NCBI GenBank assembly: GCA_965262855.1
Contig: OZ253563.1
Coordinates: forward strand, 424,914 to 488,913
Direction of reading: 5' to 3'
Length of the DNA: 64,000 nucleotides
DNA from: Arenicellales bacterium
Lineage (GTDB): Bacteria; Pseudomonadota; Gammaproteobacteria; Arenicellales; JAJDZL01
A program made the translations under genes and the position numbers. Each line of letters opens with the position of its first letter. Within the stretch, counting starts at the first letter, position 1. The notes beneath the pieces were generated by a model that searched no databases, was not told where the DNA came from, and saw only the letters and a list, made by a program, of their open reading frames with translations. Below, piece by piece: positions 41,865-52,132 of the stretch.

Positions 41865-42383
41865 ATGAGTTACGAAGTTCAAATTCTTCAACCGGAACAA
41901 GAGGCGTTGTTCGAACTTCGCGGCAGTGCTGCAGCAATCGATTTGTTATTCGAGAACTTGGGGATTGTGACGCCAGTTCAGCAGGGTAAAGTGGTTACTT
42001 TCAATTTGCTGGAAGCCCTGCGAATTGGTCCGAGACGATCATTGCTGAAAACTTTGTTGGGAAATGAGAATACGCTTGCGAATACACTTGCTCCTCTTTC
42101 AGACCATGACGATATAAGTTCTGTTAATGTGTCTGACATGTATCACGGCATGAAAATCGTTGGCAAAGATGCTTCAGCGGTTCTCTCGCAGGCAACTTCG
42201 CTGAACCTCCACAAATTTCAATCAGGCTTCGTCGCAGCGACTGAAGTATTTGCTTTAGCAGCAATTATTTTGCGTGACGGTACTGATGAATTTTCGGTGT
42301 ACATTGAACGCAGTTATGCCGCCTACGTCTGGAATCGACTGTCAGTATGTGCATTGCAAGAACAGCACGTCTCATCATTCTAG
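41865..42383 (+). CDS. soxG: Sarcosine oxidase-family gamma subunit
   Basis: Follows soxA; VNVSD, G.DA..VL, IERSYAAYVW. Confidence 0.75.
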   Translation: MSYEVQILQPEQEALFELRGSAAAIDLLFENLGIVTPVQQGKVVTFNLLEALRIGPRRSLLKTLLGNENTLANTLAPLSDHDDISSVNVSDMYHGMKIVGKDASAVLSQATSLNLHKFQSGFVAATEVFALAAIILRDGTDEFSVYIERSYAAYVWNRLSVCALQEQHVSSF

Positions 42384-42559
42384 ATTGCGACCGATATCGA
42401 AGAATGGAGGGTTAAACCCATAAACCATGCTCTGATGGTGGGAACATCAGGCTTTATAATGAATTCCAATAAACATCCTCGATAGCATTTATTTCATTGC
42501 AAAATTAAGGTTGCTAATGCTAAGTTCTCTTTGACTCACATTTTGAAATTAATTCCTGA

Positions 42560-43001
42560 ATGACTGATAAGATGACAAATTACAGACGCAGCCCGTTGAT
42601 GGAATCTAACTGGGAGCATTTTGAAAAACCTATGGCGGATTTTCGTCGATCTGATTGGAACACTCTCAATGCACAACGCCGAACTTACTACGAAATAAAT
42701 CAAGCCAGTCATGCACTGAGACTGTTGTCTGCGATGGAAAACGATGAAGTCTTCGGTTATCCCATCAACCCTTACCGACATTGCCTTCAATCTGCAACCA
42801 AAGTATTTCTGTCATGACCATCCCACGATTGAGGACCGGCTTGCGAGAGAACAGTGACAGGATCATCCATACTATGACTGGACTGTCGAGTTCGTAGAAC
42901 AGTACGATCAAAAAGCAATAGACTCAAATTACAAAATTATGTTGATTGAGGATTTCGAACCTATGGTTGAAGAACTATTTAGCCGAGAATTTTCCGATTG
43001 A
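42560..43001 (+). pseudogene. HD-domain (PhnZ/TmpB-like) protein pseudogene
   Basis: N-part ...GYPINPYRHCLQSAT; HD core missing; C-part in another frame with an internal TGA (REQ*QDHPYYDWTVEFVEQYDQKAID...FEPMVEELF). Confidence 0.7.
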
Positions 43002-43100
43002 AATTTCAATTTCCTGACTTTTATTGAACCTGCATCTAAAATCCCACAGGTATTTTTCAGGACACAGCGTTGAAGACACCAATATCTAATAGGCATTGAT

Positions 43101-46100
43101 GTGGAAAATACTTCCGGTAATTTAATTACCAATGCAGTAGATCGTCCAATTGCAGTGATTGCATTGGTGCTGATGATTGTTCTATTCGGTATCGTTTCAT
43201 TGCAGAACATACCGATCCAGCTTGCCCCAGACGTAAACAGACCCGTAATCACGATCACAACTTACTGGCCGGGCGCTGCACCGGCAGAAGTCGAGCGTGA
43301 AATTCTAAATAAACAGGAAAAGGAGCTCGCTGGGCTTGAAAATCTTCGTGAGATTACCGGAAATGCCCAGTCAGGGCGATCTCGAATTTCAATGGAATTC
43401 GATGTTGGAACCGATATGGATAAAGCTCTGCTGCTGGTGTCCAACCGCCTTGATCGAGTCTCTGGCTATCCGGACGAGGCCCAATCACCACAGCTTAGCA
43501 CCGCGGGTAGTGAAGACAATGCAATTGCCTGGTTTACCATCGTCCAAGCTCCTGGCAATGATCGCCCAATTCATGAATATGGACAATTTGTAGAAGAAGT
43601 CATCAAAGAGCGTATTGAGCGAGTACCGGGGGTCGGCGAAGTATCAGTCTTCGGTGGCAGCGATCCGGAGATTCAGATTGTCGTTCGGCCTGAGGAACTG
43701 GCAAGACTGCATCTCACCGTAGGAGAAGTTCTTCGCGCGCTTCGCAATGGAAATATCGCGCTGTCGGTTGGAGACGTAGATGAAGGAAAGCGACGCTATA
43801 TCGTGCGTTCCGATGGTGAACTGAACACTGTTGCAGCGGTACGCGAAATTGTCGTTCGCTCAGATGCCGAAGCCACTTCAGATCGATCAGGTCACATCAA
43901 AATTCAAGATATTGCAGAAGTCAATCTGGCTTACAAACGTCCAACTGCGATTATTCGCGTGCTGGGCCAGCCTTCAATTCCGTTCAATGCGACACGCGAA
44001 GTCGGCGCGAATGTTATTGAGACGATGGAAAACATACGGCAGGTTATCGATGAACTCAATCAAACCGTAATCCCGGGTAGCGGACTTGAGCTTCATCAGG
44101 TGTATGACGAGACCGTTTACATCAATTCGTCCATCCAGCTTGTGCGTCAGAATATTTGGATCGGCGGAGTGCTGGCGGCATTGGTTATGCTTCTTTTTCT
44201 CCGATCGTTTAGAGCGACACTGACGGTTTCTATCGCGATCCCTGTTTCGATCATAGGCGCATTTGTAGCGATGGCGGCTCTCGGTAGATCCATCAATGTT
44301 GTGTCATTGGCAGGACTGGCATTCGCCGTTGGCATGGTTGTGGATGCAGCCATCGTTATTCTTGAAAATATATTTCGTATGCGCGAGAGCGGTAAATCCG
44401 CACGAGAAGCTGCAGTTCAAGGTGCTCAGCAGGTCTGGGGAGCGGTGCTGGTTTCGGCACTTACGACCGTGATGGTTTTCATTCCAATTTTGATTTCACA
44501 ATTGGAAGTAGGGCAGTTGTTTCGGGATATAGCGGTAGCGATATCTGTTGCTGTCATGCTTTCACTACTGGTATCTGTAACCGTGATTCCCGCGTTGTCG
44601 CAAAAGCTGCTGAGTCCTGGTTTTCACAATCTTCGAGATCTGGTTAGACTACGAATACCCGGACTAGATGAACTGGCTGCAGGAATCGTCCGCCTTATCA
44701 TGTGGTTCACACGCCGAATAATCAAATATCGAATGCTTGCGATACTGTGGGTTTCCTTGATTACCGGTTTAGCGTTAATTCTCGCAGTCAAGTTTTTACC
44801 GCATCTGGAATATCTTCCTGAAGGTAACAACAATCTGATTTTCGGACTAATTGTTCCGCCTCCTGGTTACAACCTGGAAACCATGACCGAAATTGCCGGG
44901 AATATTGAGAACGCCATTCGACCACACTGGGTGGGGGAGCCTGAAGCTGATTCGGAATCAAGTTCTGAAACTGAAGCACCTCCTAAAATTTCTCGTTTCT
45001 TCTTTGTATCAACCCGTTCCATGATGTTTGTCGGCGCCATATCCGAGGATCCAGAGAGGGTGTCGGAATTAATTCCTGTTATGCAGGGTCCGGTTTTCCG
45101 AGAGCCGGGAACTTATGGATTTATGAGCCAGCCATCCATATTCGGAAGAGGTATCGGTTCCGGTCGCAAGATTGATTTGGACATATCGGGAGCGACTCTT
45201 GAGGAAATTCTGATCGCTGCGAGTCGTGCAGCAGAAAAAATACTTGTCGTGATGCCACGTTCGGAAGGTCATCAGTTTCGTCCGAATCCAGGCCTTGAAC
45301 TCGGAGTGCCGGAGGTTCGAATAGTTCCCGACAGGTTGCGGTTGGCAGACAATGGACTGTCTGCTCTCGAACTAAGCTTGGCGATCGATGTATTCAACGA
45401 TGGAATGCGAGTGGATGAAACAACGTTCCAAGGACGAACCACTGACATCACATTGCTAGGTCCGACAGATAATGTGAAGGAAACACAGAATATCGAGAAT
45501 ATTCCTGTTGTAACACCTGCCGGAAGAATTATTTCGGTGAGTTCGGTTGCGGATATCAGCATTACTGCTGGACCCACAGCAATCCGTCATCGAGAAAGGC
45601 TTAGAACCATCACACTGGAAATTCGGCCAGCGCCGGGATTGACGATGGAGGAAGCCATCGACGTCATACAAAGCCAAGTTATTTCGCCACTGCAGGAAGA
45701 GGGATTGCCACAGAATGTCCAGTTCAGAATATCTGGAACTGCCGATGCACTTAAGACAACTTGGAACGCGATGGTAGTTCATTTGATTATTGCCTTGGTG
45801 ATCGTTTATCTGGTAATGGCAATTCTATTCGAGAGTTTTATCTATCCGCTGATTATTCTGCTGTCAGTCCCAGTTGCTGCTGCAGGGGGAATCGGTGGGC
45901 TTGCAGTCTTAAATATCTTTGTGCACCAGCCACTAGACATGCTTACGCTGTTAGGATTTGTCATTCTGATTGGCATTGTAGTGAATAACGCAATACTGCT
46001 GGTTCATCAGTCAATCTACCATTTGAGGAAGGGTGATTTGCTAGGACAATCAGCGGTGCTGGCTGCAACTAGAAACCGCATTCGACCGATTTTCATGTCT

Positions 46101-46328
46101 ACTTTTACCAGCGTTTGCGGCATGCTTCCGCTGGTGTTGTTTCCGGGCGCAGGGTCTGAACTATATCGCGGGCTGGGCTCAGTCGTGGTGGGCGGGTTGT
46201 CGATGTCTGCTATTCTGACTCTGTTCATGGTTCCGCCGCTGACGGCCATCTTGGTAATCCCGCTGGAGAATCGCAAACTGGCAGCCCGAAAGGCGACTGC
46301 CCTGAGTATGAAAGATCAAACCATCTAA
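43101..46328 (+). CDS. RND efflux permease (AcrB/AcrD/AcrF family)
   Basis: PIQLAPDV, GMVVDAAIVILENI, GIVVNNAILLV, RIRPIFMST. Confidence 0.95.
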   Translation: MENTSGNLITNAVDRPIAVIALVLMIVLFGIVSLQNIPIQLAPDVNRPVITITTYWPGAAPAEVEREILNKQEKELAGLENLREITGNAQSGRSRISMEFDVGTDMDKALLLVSNRLDRVSGYPDEAQSPQLSTAGSEDNAIAWFTIVQAPGNDRPIHEYGQFVEEVIKERIERVPGVGEVSVFGGSDPEIQIVVRPEELARLHLTVGEVLRALRNGNIALSVGDVDEGKRRYIVRSDGELNTVAAVREIVVRSDAEATSDRSGHIKIQDIAEVNLAYKRPTAIIRVLGQPSIPFNATREVGANVIETMENIRQVIDELNQTVIPGSGLELHQVYDETVYINSSIQLVRQNIWIGGVLAALVMLLFLRSFRATLTVSIAIPVSIIGAFVAMAALGRSINVVSLAGLAFAVGMVVDAAIVILENIFRMRESGKSAREAAVQGAQQVWGAVLVSALTTVMVFIPILISQLEVGQLFRDIAVAISVAVMLSLLVSVTVIPALSQKLLSPGFHNLRDLVRLRIPGLDELAAGIVRLIMWFTRRIIKYRMLAILWVSLITGLALILAVKFLPHLEYLPEGNNNLIFGLIVPPPGYNLETMTEIAGNIENAIRPHWVGEPEADSESSSETEAPPKISRFFFVSTRSMMFVGAISEDPERVSELIPVMQGPVFREPGTYGFMSQPSIFGRGIGSGRKIDLDISGATLEEILIAASRAAEKILVVMPRSEGHQFRPNPGLELGVPEVRIVPDRLRLADNGLSALELSLAIDVFNDGMRVDETTFQGRTTDITLLGPTDNVKETQNIENIPVVTPAGRIISVSSVADISITAGPTAIRHRERLRTITLEIRPAPGLTMEEAIDVIQSQVISPLQEEGLPQNVQFRISGTADALKTTWNAMVVHLIIALVIVYLVMAILFESFIYPLIILLSVPVAAAGGIGGLAVLNIFVHQPLDMLTLLGFVILIGIVVNNAILLVHQSIYHLRKGDLLGQSAVLAATRNRIRPIFMSTFTSVCGMLPLVLFPGAGSELYRGLGSVVVGGLSMSAILTLFMVPPLTAILVIPLENRKLAARKATALSMKDQTI

Positions 46329-46379
46329 AGGAAGCCTATACCGTCTATAGAAGTCAGAATTTGCGTTAACTGGGCTCTG

Positions 46380-46782
46380 TTACGATTTCGAAATTCTAGT
46401 GCCGTGAATAATTCCGAGTTCAGAAGACTTTTTTTCGAGTTCATTGGGAGCCGATTCTTGAATTTCAATAGTTTTTTCAGTTTCAAGTTTTTCATTCCAC
46501 CACAGAGAAATATCGTCTCGTTTGTTCCAGCCGACTACTGCTAGAGTAAACAGGGAAATAACTACGACAGTCCTGACTACGATTGCTACCCATGATGTGA
46601 ATTGGTGGCTGTGAGTTGTCATCGGCCTTAGTACGGACAAATCAAATTGTTTTTCTGTAATCGCCTGCACTCCCAGATCCGGATCATTGCGGATTAATTC
46701 ATCTGGGTCCAGTTTGACTAGTGATGCGTAGGATCTAACATAGCCGGTAGCGTACGCCAGTCCGAACAACAAATTGTATTGA
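46380..46782 (-). pseudogene. Duplicated 3' fragment of the RodZ-like HTH gene
   Basis: Same C-terminal sequence as 53878-54504 except one V/I change; the apparent N-terminus MTKNLPC comes from the ISAs1 end. Confidence 0.9.
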
Positions 46783-49015
46783 CAAGGCAAATTTTTTGTC
46801 ACGCTAACCGAACGCCATCGACTCGTGATTTTAGCCTATGGATCACAAGTATGTTCAGGCCACTGGCATGAAACCATGCACTGTGCCTGATTTGAACCGC
46901 TTCAGGTGATGCCGCAACCGATTTTCAGTATTCTTTCAGTGAACTGTCCTATGGGAGTACGGATTTTTCCTGTTTCGGCTGTTGCCGAACAACGATTTTT
47001 CGCAATCACAATTCGGTGGGTCATCGACATACGGCCCCGGTGATCGGCGAACGCCGACCCCTGCGTCGCGTGTTCCCGGCCAGGCCCAGATAATCCAGGA
47101 GCAAACGTGCGTTGGTGCGCAATTTGCGCATCGTCGGCGCAACTGATTCTGCGTGCCGTCTGATCACCGAGATCGCAAATCGGCGAAGTGCCGTGACGTT
47201 TTCCGGTCCATGCCCGGTGCGAATCAGAAGGTGATCCTCGTGCCAGGTGTTTGAGTCGTCCAAAATGCGATGATTCGATTCAATGGTCCAATGGCCGCGG
47301 TTGAGCCCCAGCAAAGTCTTCGGATCAGCCTGAGCGGCTTGCAGTGAGGTGATCCCGACAACGGTTTCCTGCGTCGTCTTGGTTACCTCGCCACGCCGGT
47401 AGTGGTCAATCGTGCGACGAATGCGGAATATCTGCGCGATGTCCGGAAATTTCGACTCGCGATTCAGATACGCCATCAGTTCGGCATTGTCGCTGACCCG
47501 GATTTCGCGGATCTCATGACGTCCATGCTGGACCTTGGGCACCTTTTTCCCTGCATCGGTCGCGTCACCGGTGCGGGTGACAAAGTCAGCTTCAGTATCC
47601 GGTCTGAGTCGAAGCAGATCGGTAAAATGAATACTCACCTCGCCAGTGAGATCTTTCTGGTTGTTCTTGAGAATAAACATATAGTGCCCGCCCCGGCTGA
47701 GAATATAGCTCGCAATCGCATGCTGCGTCAACAGCGCATCAGCGGTGATCACTTTGCCATTGAGGTCATCAATCGATTTCAGCAACGGGATGCACGCGCC
47801 GATCTCGTTGGTGTACTTTTGCTCCTCACTCCCGTCCGAGTCAAGCCTCATCTTTTTTTTTGCCAGATGCATGCGACTTTGATGCCCACAGGCGCCCAGC
47901 ACATGAATCTGGCGATTGTTCCCGTCAACCGCTCCTTTCATCGTCTTGCCATCGATCGCAATCGCCTCATCGCAGCCGTCAATCGATATGCACCATTTGC
48001 GAAGCGCGTCATCGAACTGCCCGGGGTCGGTTCTGACCAGCGCCTCGCGGATGCAATACACGCTTGGACGCTGGACTTTGCCACGCCGCAATCCAACCCT
48101 GAAATGACGAAGCACCTTTTCTGACTGCGCCTGTACCCATTCGCCCATCTCCTGATAGCCGCGCGCACCGCAAACTGTGGCTGCCGCCGCAATGGCCAGC
48201 AGTGTCCCGAGGCGATAGCGCCGCCCGCGACGCCCGCGCGGGTCCTCAATGTGTGAGAAATAATCCAGCAATGACTTGAAATCCGCGTCCGTATACATTT
48301 TCCTGCAAACTCCTTTCGGGAAATAGTGGGAATCAAGATGTGCGCCACCGAGCAACCGGCGCGCATCTGACCGAAGCGGGCGCACAAACATCAGCTTCGG
48401 TGATGAGCCTTGTCGGTAGCCGCGGCGTTGTCGCCGATAGCCGGCCGTCTGCCCGATCTGTATCCAGTTCTCCGCGCGATAACAGGTTCCGGCAAAGCGC
48501 TGCGGGTCAACGAAAGTCTCCATCAGCAGCACCGGGTGTCCGAATCGCACCGGCCAGTCCTTGACGACACGCTTGGCCAGCAACGATAAAGTGCGGGATG
48601 CGAGATTCGCAATCGGCTCCAGAATGAGGAATCTGCTCTGGTTGGTGATCAGGTGCAGTCTTGCGCCACGGTCTCTTGGGTGCCAGCCGAGCCACTCATC
48701 TCGGGCGCGGCTTTTCAGGGCCGCCGCATAAAATGAACTCAGCGCAACCCATCGGCCCTGCAAAACCGCGGCATAAAACGCGCTCTCACCGATCTTGTGC
48801 GGGGCGCCAAGATAGTGATGCTGCCGCATCAGCGCAAGGAATTTCTCCTCCTCGTCGCGTCTGACCGGTACGATGACCAACTCCGACAAATTCATCTCTC
48901 ACCGTTTCAGTTCAACTTCAGTTGGCTGAACCATACACGAATCAATCAGAAAAGTCCAGTATCAGACGCTATTTATTTCATATCATACAGTTGAACTGAA
49001 CAAAAATTCGCCCTG
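46783..49015 (-). mobile_element. ISAs1-family insertion sequence
   Basis: Terminal IRs caaggcaaattttt / cagggcgaattttt; 10-bp TSD attgtattga at 46773-46782 and 49016-49025. Confidence 0.92.
47021..48895 (-). CDS. DUF4338 (DruA-like)::ISAs1 DDE transposase fusion
   Basis: N-terminal QHHYLG, RARDEWLGW, NQSRFLIL, NLASR, METFVD, GTCYRAENW (DUF4338); then DPRGRRGRRYRL, IAIDGKT, ITADAL, KNNQ, RGHWTIESNH (ISAs1). Confidence 0.88.
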   Translation of the reverse strand: MNLSELVIVPVRRDEEEKFLALMRQHHYLGAPHKIGESAFYAAVLQGRWVALSSFYAAALKSRARDEWLGWHPRDRGARLHLITNQSRFLILEPIANLASRTLSLLAKRVVKDWPVRFGHPVLLMETFVDPQRFAGTCYRAENWIQIGQTAGYRRQRRGYRQGSSPKLMFVRPLRSDARRLLGGAHLDSHYFPKGVCRKMYTDADFKSLLDYFSHIEDPRGRRGRRYRLGTLLAIAAAATVCGARGYQEMGEWVQAQSEKVLRHFRVGLRRGKVQRPSVYCIREALVRTDPGQFDDALRKWCISIDGCDEAIAIDGKTMKGAVDGNNRQIHVLGACGHQSRMHLAKKKMRLDSDGSEEQKYTNEIGACIPLLKSIDDLNGKVITADALLTQHAIASYILSRGGHYMFILKNNQKDLTGEVSIHFTDLLRLRPDTEADFVTRTGDATDAGKKVPKVQHGRHEIREIRVSDNAELMAYLNRESKFPDIAQIFRIRRTIDHYRRGEVTKTTQETVVGITSLQAAQADPKTLLGLNRGHWTIESNHRILDDSNTWHEDHLLIRTGHGPENVTALRRFAISVIRRHAESVAPTMRKLRTNARLLLDYLGLAGNTRRRGRRSPITGAVCR

Positions 49016-50617
49016 ATTGTATTGACGATTTTCTTGACTTCGTAGAAAACTCGATTTTTACTCGATTTTCCGGATTTCATTTTTCAATATTATCATCATC
49101 TTGCAAGCGTCCATCCTGAAAAACAGCGATGTAGTGCCCTCATCAAAATAATACTTGCATATCAATCCGGACTGATGTATAACTTCATCCATGTTTGTAA
49201 GAAAGAAATTCGATGCCGCCCGAAACCGATACCGGGTGCAGATCGTGCAGAGCTTCCGCGACGGCAAGAAGGTGCGCCAGAAGATTATCCGCCATGTCGG
49301 CACCGCGCCCGGCGGCGCCCAGCTGACAAAGCTGATGGAGCTCGGCGAGTTCATCAAGGAAGATCTCCGGCAGCAGTCCAATCCGCAGCAGGAGCTGTTC
49401 ACGCCCAAGCAATACGCGGATCTTCTGAGCCAGTGCCGACGCAACCGCAAAGCGGCGCACCTCGGCGTCGACCTTGGACAGTGCCGGGAACAAAACCGCC
49501 TGAACATCGGCGTGCGCGAAGCATTCGGCCGGCTTTACTCGAGCATGGGCTGGGACCGCCTGCTCGGTTCCCGCAAAGCCAGCGCCAATCGCATCATCAA
49601 GGAACTGGTGCTGGCGCGCATCGCCCAGCCGCGGTCGAAACGCGGCACCGTCATGGAGCTGGCAAGAGACGGCGGCGTGACGCTGAATCTGGACTGGGTC
49701 TATCAGTCCATGGACTATCTTGACCCGCGGGTGATTGACAGCATACGCCGAAACGCGTCGGCCCGGGCTGAGGAACTTTTCACGCAGCCGATCGATGTCC
49801 TGTTCTATGACACCACGACACTTTATTTTCAAAGCGACCGGGAAGACTACGGCCAAAACAAAGATCCTCTTCGCTTCAAGGGCTACAGCAAGGACGGCAA
49901 GCCGCATCGAACCCAGGTGGTGCTGGCATTGCTGGTGACCCGCGGCGGGATTCCGCTGGATTATGAGCTTTATCCGGGCAACACCTACGAGGGCGACACG
50001 CTGTGCCGGGCGCTCGATGGCATCACCGAACGATACGATGTGAGCCGGGTGACCGTGGTGGCCGATGCCGGGCTGTTCAGCCACAGCAATCTTGAATGGC
50101 TGCGCGAGCGCAACCTGCCCTACATTGTGGGGTTTCGCGCCAAGAATGCGACGCGCAAGCTCAAGGAGCAGATTCTCGATGCCGACGGCTATGAGGGCTA
50201 TATGTTCGACCAGGATGGTGAGGCTCAGTGCAACTGCAAGATCATCGCCCGCGGCGAGGAGCGAATCATCGCGACTTATTCAAAGAAGCGGGCGAGAAAA
50301 GACCGCCACAGCCGAGAGCGGGCGCTGGAGAAGCTGCTCAAGCGCCTGAAGCGTAGCGCAAAGCCGCTCAGCCTGGTGTCAAAAGGACATGCGCGGTTTC
50401 TCAACGTTCCATCTATAGGGCGACAATCAAGATAAGAATCTTGCGACAATCAGGGTAAGAAAAGGTTTCGCGTCCTGAAACGCAGTGAGGACGAAGTCCG
50501 AACGGAGTTTCAGGACGCGCGGTCGAAAGAATTTTCGACCCTCTGAATTGCTGACTTGACGTTTGCGACAGTTCCGGCACTAAACTTGTAATTTCGCAGC
50601 CATGCGGGGTTCACAAG

Positions 50618-52132
50618 ATGCCGGGATGTCATGTAAATGATTATCAAGTGAGAAAATTCATGAAACTAAAACTAACTCATTCGATTGACAAAGCCGCTGT
50701 GAAATCTGGATTCAGCTGTGCTACCGGCTACCGAATCAACAAGGACAGTCGGCTTCCGTCTGAAAAAACCAAAGTGAAGCGCACTCGTCGTCGGCCGGAT
50801 CCATTGGCAGGCATATTTGAGGAACAAGTGGTGCCGATGCTGGAGAAATGCCCGAACCTACGTGCGGTGGCTGTGTACCGGGAAGTGATGCGCCTCAATC
50901 CACAGCTCACTGCCGGCGTGAGGCGCACATTGGAGCGTCGCATTCGGGACTGGAGAGCGCAGCATGGACCGCAGCAGGAAGTGATTTTCCGCCAGCGTCA
51001 GGAGCCAGGTCGCATGGGCATATCGGACTTTACCGACATGAACTGGATCGGTGTGACGATTGGCGGGTGCAAGTTTGATCACAAGCTGTATCACTTCCGC
51101 CTGGCGTGGTCGGGCTTCACCCATGTCGATGTAGTTCAGGGTGGCGAGAGCTTTGCTGCATTGGAGCAGGGAGTGCAGGATGCGCTGTGGACTTTAGGCG
51201 GTGTGCCGCGTGAATGCCGCACCGACAGCCTGTCGGCAGCGTTTCGCAATATCAGCAAGGATGATGGCGAGGACCTGACCGAGAGTTATCGCCAGTTGTG
51301 CGAGCACTACGGGATGCGGGCGACACGCAACAATCGAGGCGTGGCGCACGAAAACGGCGCCATTGAAGGTCCGCATGGACATCTGAAGCGTGCGATCGAA
51401 GATGCGCTGGCACTGCGTGGCTCGAAAGATTTCGAGACGCTGGATGAGTATCGGGATTTCATCGTCCAAATCACCGGCAATATCAATCTGCGGCACAGCA
51501 AGAAAATTGAGGCGGAGCGCGAAGTGCTGCGGGCGTTGCCGGGCCGACGCACCACGGATTACAAGGAGACCAACGTACGGGTCACCCGTTCCAGCGGTTT
51601 CGTTCTGCGCAAGGTGTTTTACACGGTGCCTTCGCGTCTGATCGGTCATCGTCTGGGGGTGAGGCTCTACGCGGATCGTGTAGAGCTGTATCTGGGCAGT
51701 CGCCATCAGTTGACCCTGCCACGCGGTCATCACCATTCATCGGCCAGGCATTGGTGTGCGCATGTGGTCAATTATCATCATGTGATTCATTCTCTGAGGC
51801 GCAAGCCGATGGCGCTGATGAGTTGGGTTTACCGAGATCAGCTGTTTCCGCACGAGGCGTATCGACATTGTTTCGAGGTGGCACTGGAGCGCACCACGCC
51901 ACGGCAAGCCTGTCGGCTGGCGGTACAGCTGTTGTCGTTGGCTCACGACCACAACTGCGAAGCCCGGCTGGCGCAGCAGATCGAACAATGCCTGCAGCAA
52001 GGCGCGCTTCCGGACATGCTCGAGATGCAAAAGCAATTTGCCGTGCAGCACGGTACCATGCCGCAACTGCATGTGGAATCGAGCACTCTGGCCAGCTATG
52101 CGTCGCTGCTGCAGCAAGGAGCTGAGTCATGA
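50618..52132 (+). CDS. istA: IS21 transposase
   Basis: RRRPDPL, RTLERRIR, SDFT, RTDSLSAA, HENGAIE, FYTVPSRLIG. Confidence 0.95.
   Translation: MPGCHVNDYQVRKFMKLKLTHSIDKAAVKSGFSCATGYRINKDSRLPSEKTKVKRTRRRPDPLAGIFEEQVVPMLEKCPNLRAVAVYREVMRLNPQLTAGVRRTLERRIRDWRAQHGPQQEVIFRQRQEPGRMGISDFTDMNWIGVTIGGCKFDHKLYHFRLAWSGFTHVDVVQGGESFAALEQGVQDALWTLGGVPRECRTDSLSAAFRNISKDDGEDLTESYRQLCEHYGMRATRNNRGVAHENGAIEGPHGHLKRAIEDALALRGSKDFETLDEYRDFIVQITGNINLRHSKKIEAEREVLRALPGRRTTDYKETNVRVTRSSGFVLRKVFYTVPSRLIGHRLGVRLYADRVELYLGSRHQLTLPRGHHHSSARHWCAHVVNYHHVIHSLRRKPMALMSWVYRDQLFPHEAYRHCFEVALERTTPRQACRLAVQLLSLAHDHNCEARLAQQIEQCLQQGALPDMLEMQKQFAVQHGTMPQLHVESSTLASYASLLQQGAES

Larger units (their letters stand above)
46283..49032. 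repeat. Left copy of a 507-bp target duplication (46283-46782 + 49026-49032), interrupted by ISAs1
   Basis: Matches 53781-54287; one substitution seen (46535 C vs 54033 T). Confidence 0.93.

Noticed and set aside
49185-50084. 299-aa antisense ORF and other long shadow ORFs within the IS block
   Set aside because: They lie opposite or overlap GC-rich transposase genes and show no recognisable motifs
50414-50462. Tandem short repeats as a CRISPR-like array
   Set aside because: They are the IstA-binding repeats of the IS21 ends; no spacers or cas genes are present in the window
50482-50505. Hammerhead-like string gcagtga-ggac-gaa-gtcc-gaac in the IS21 leader
   Set aside because: Lacks the CUGANGA and GAAA core and has no stem I/III with a cleavage triplet
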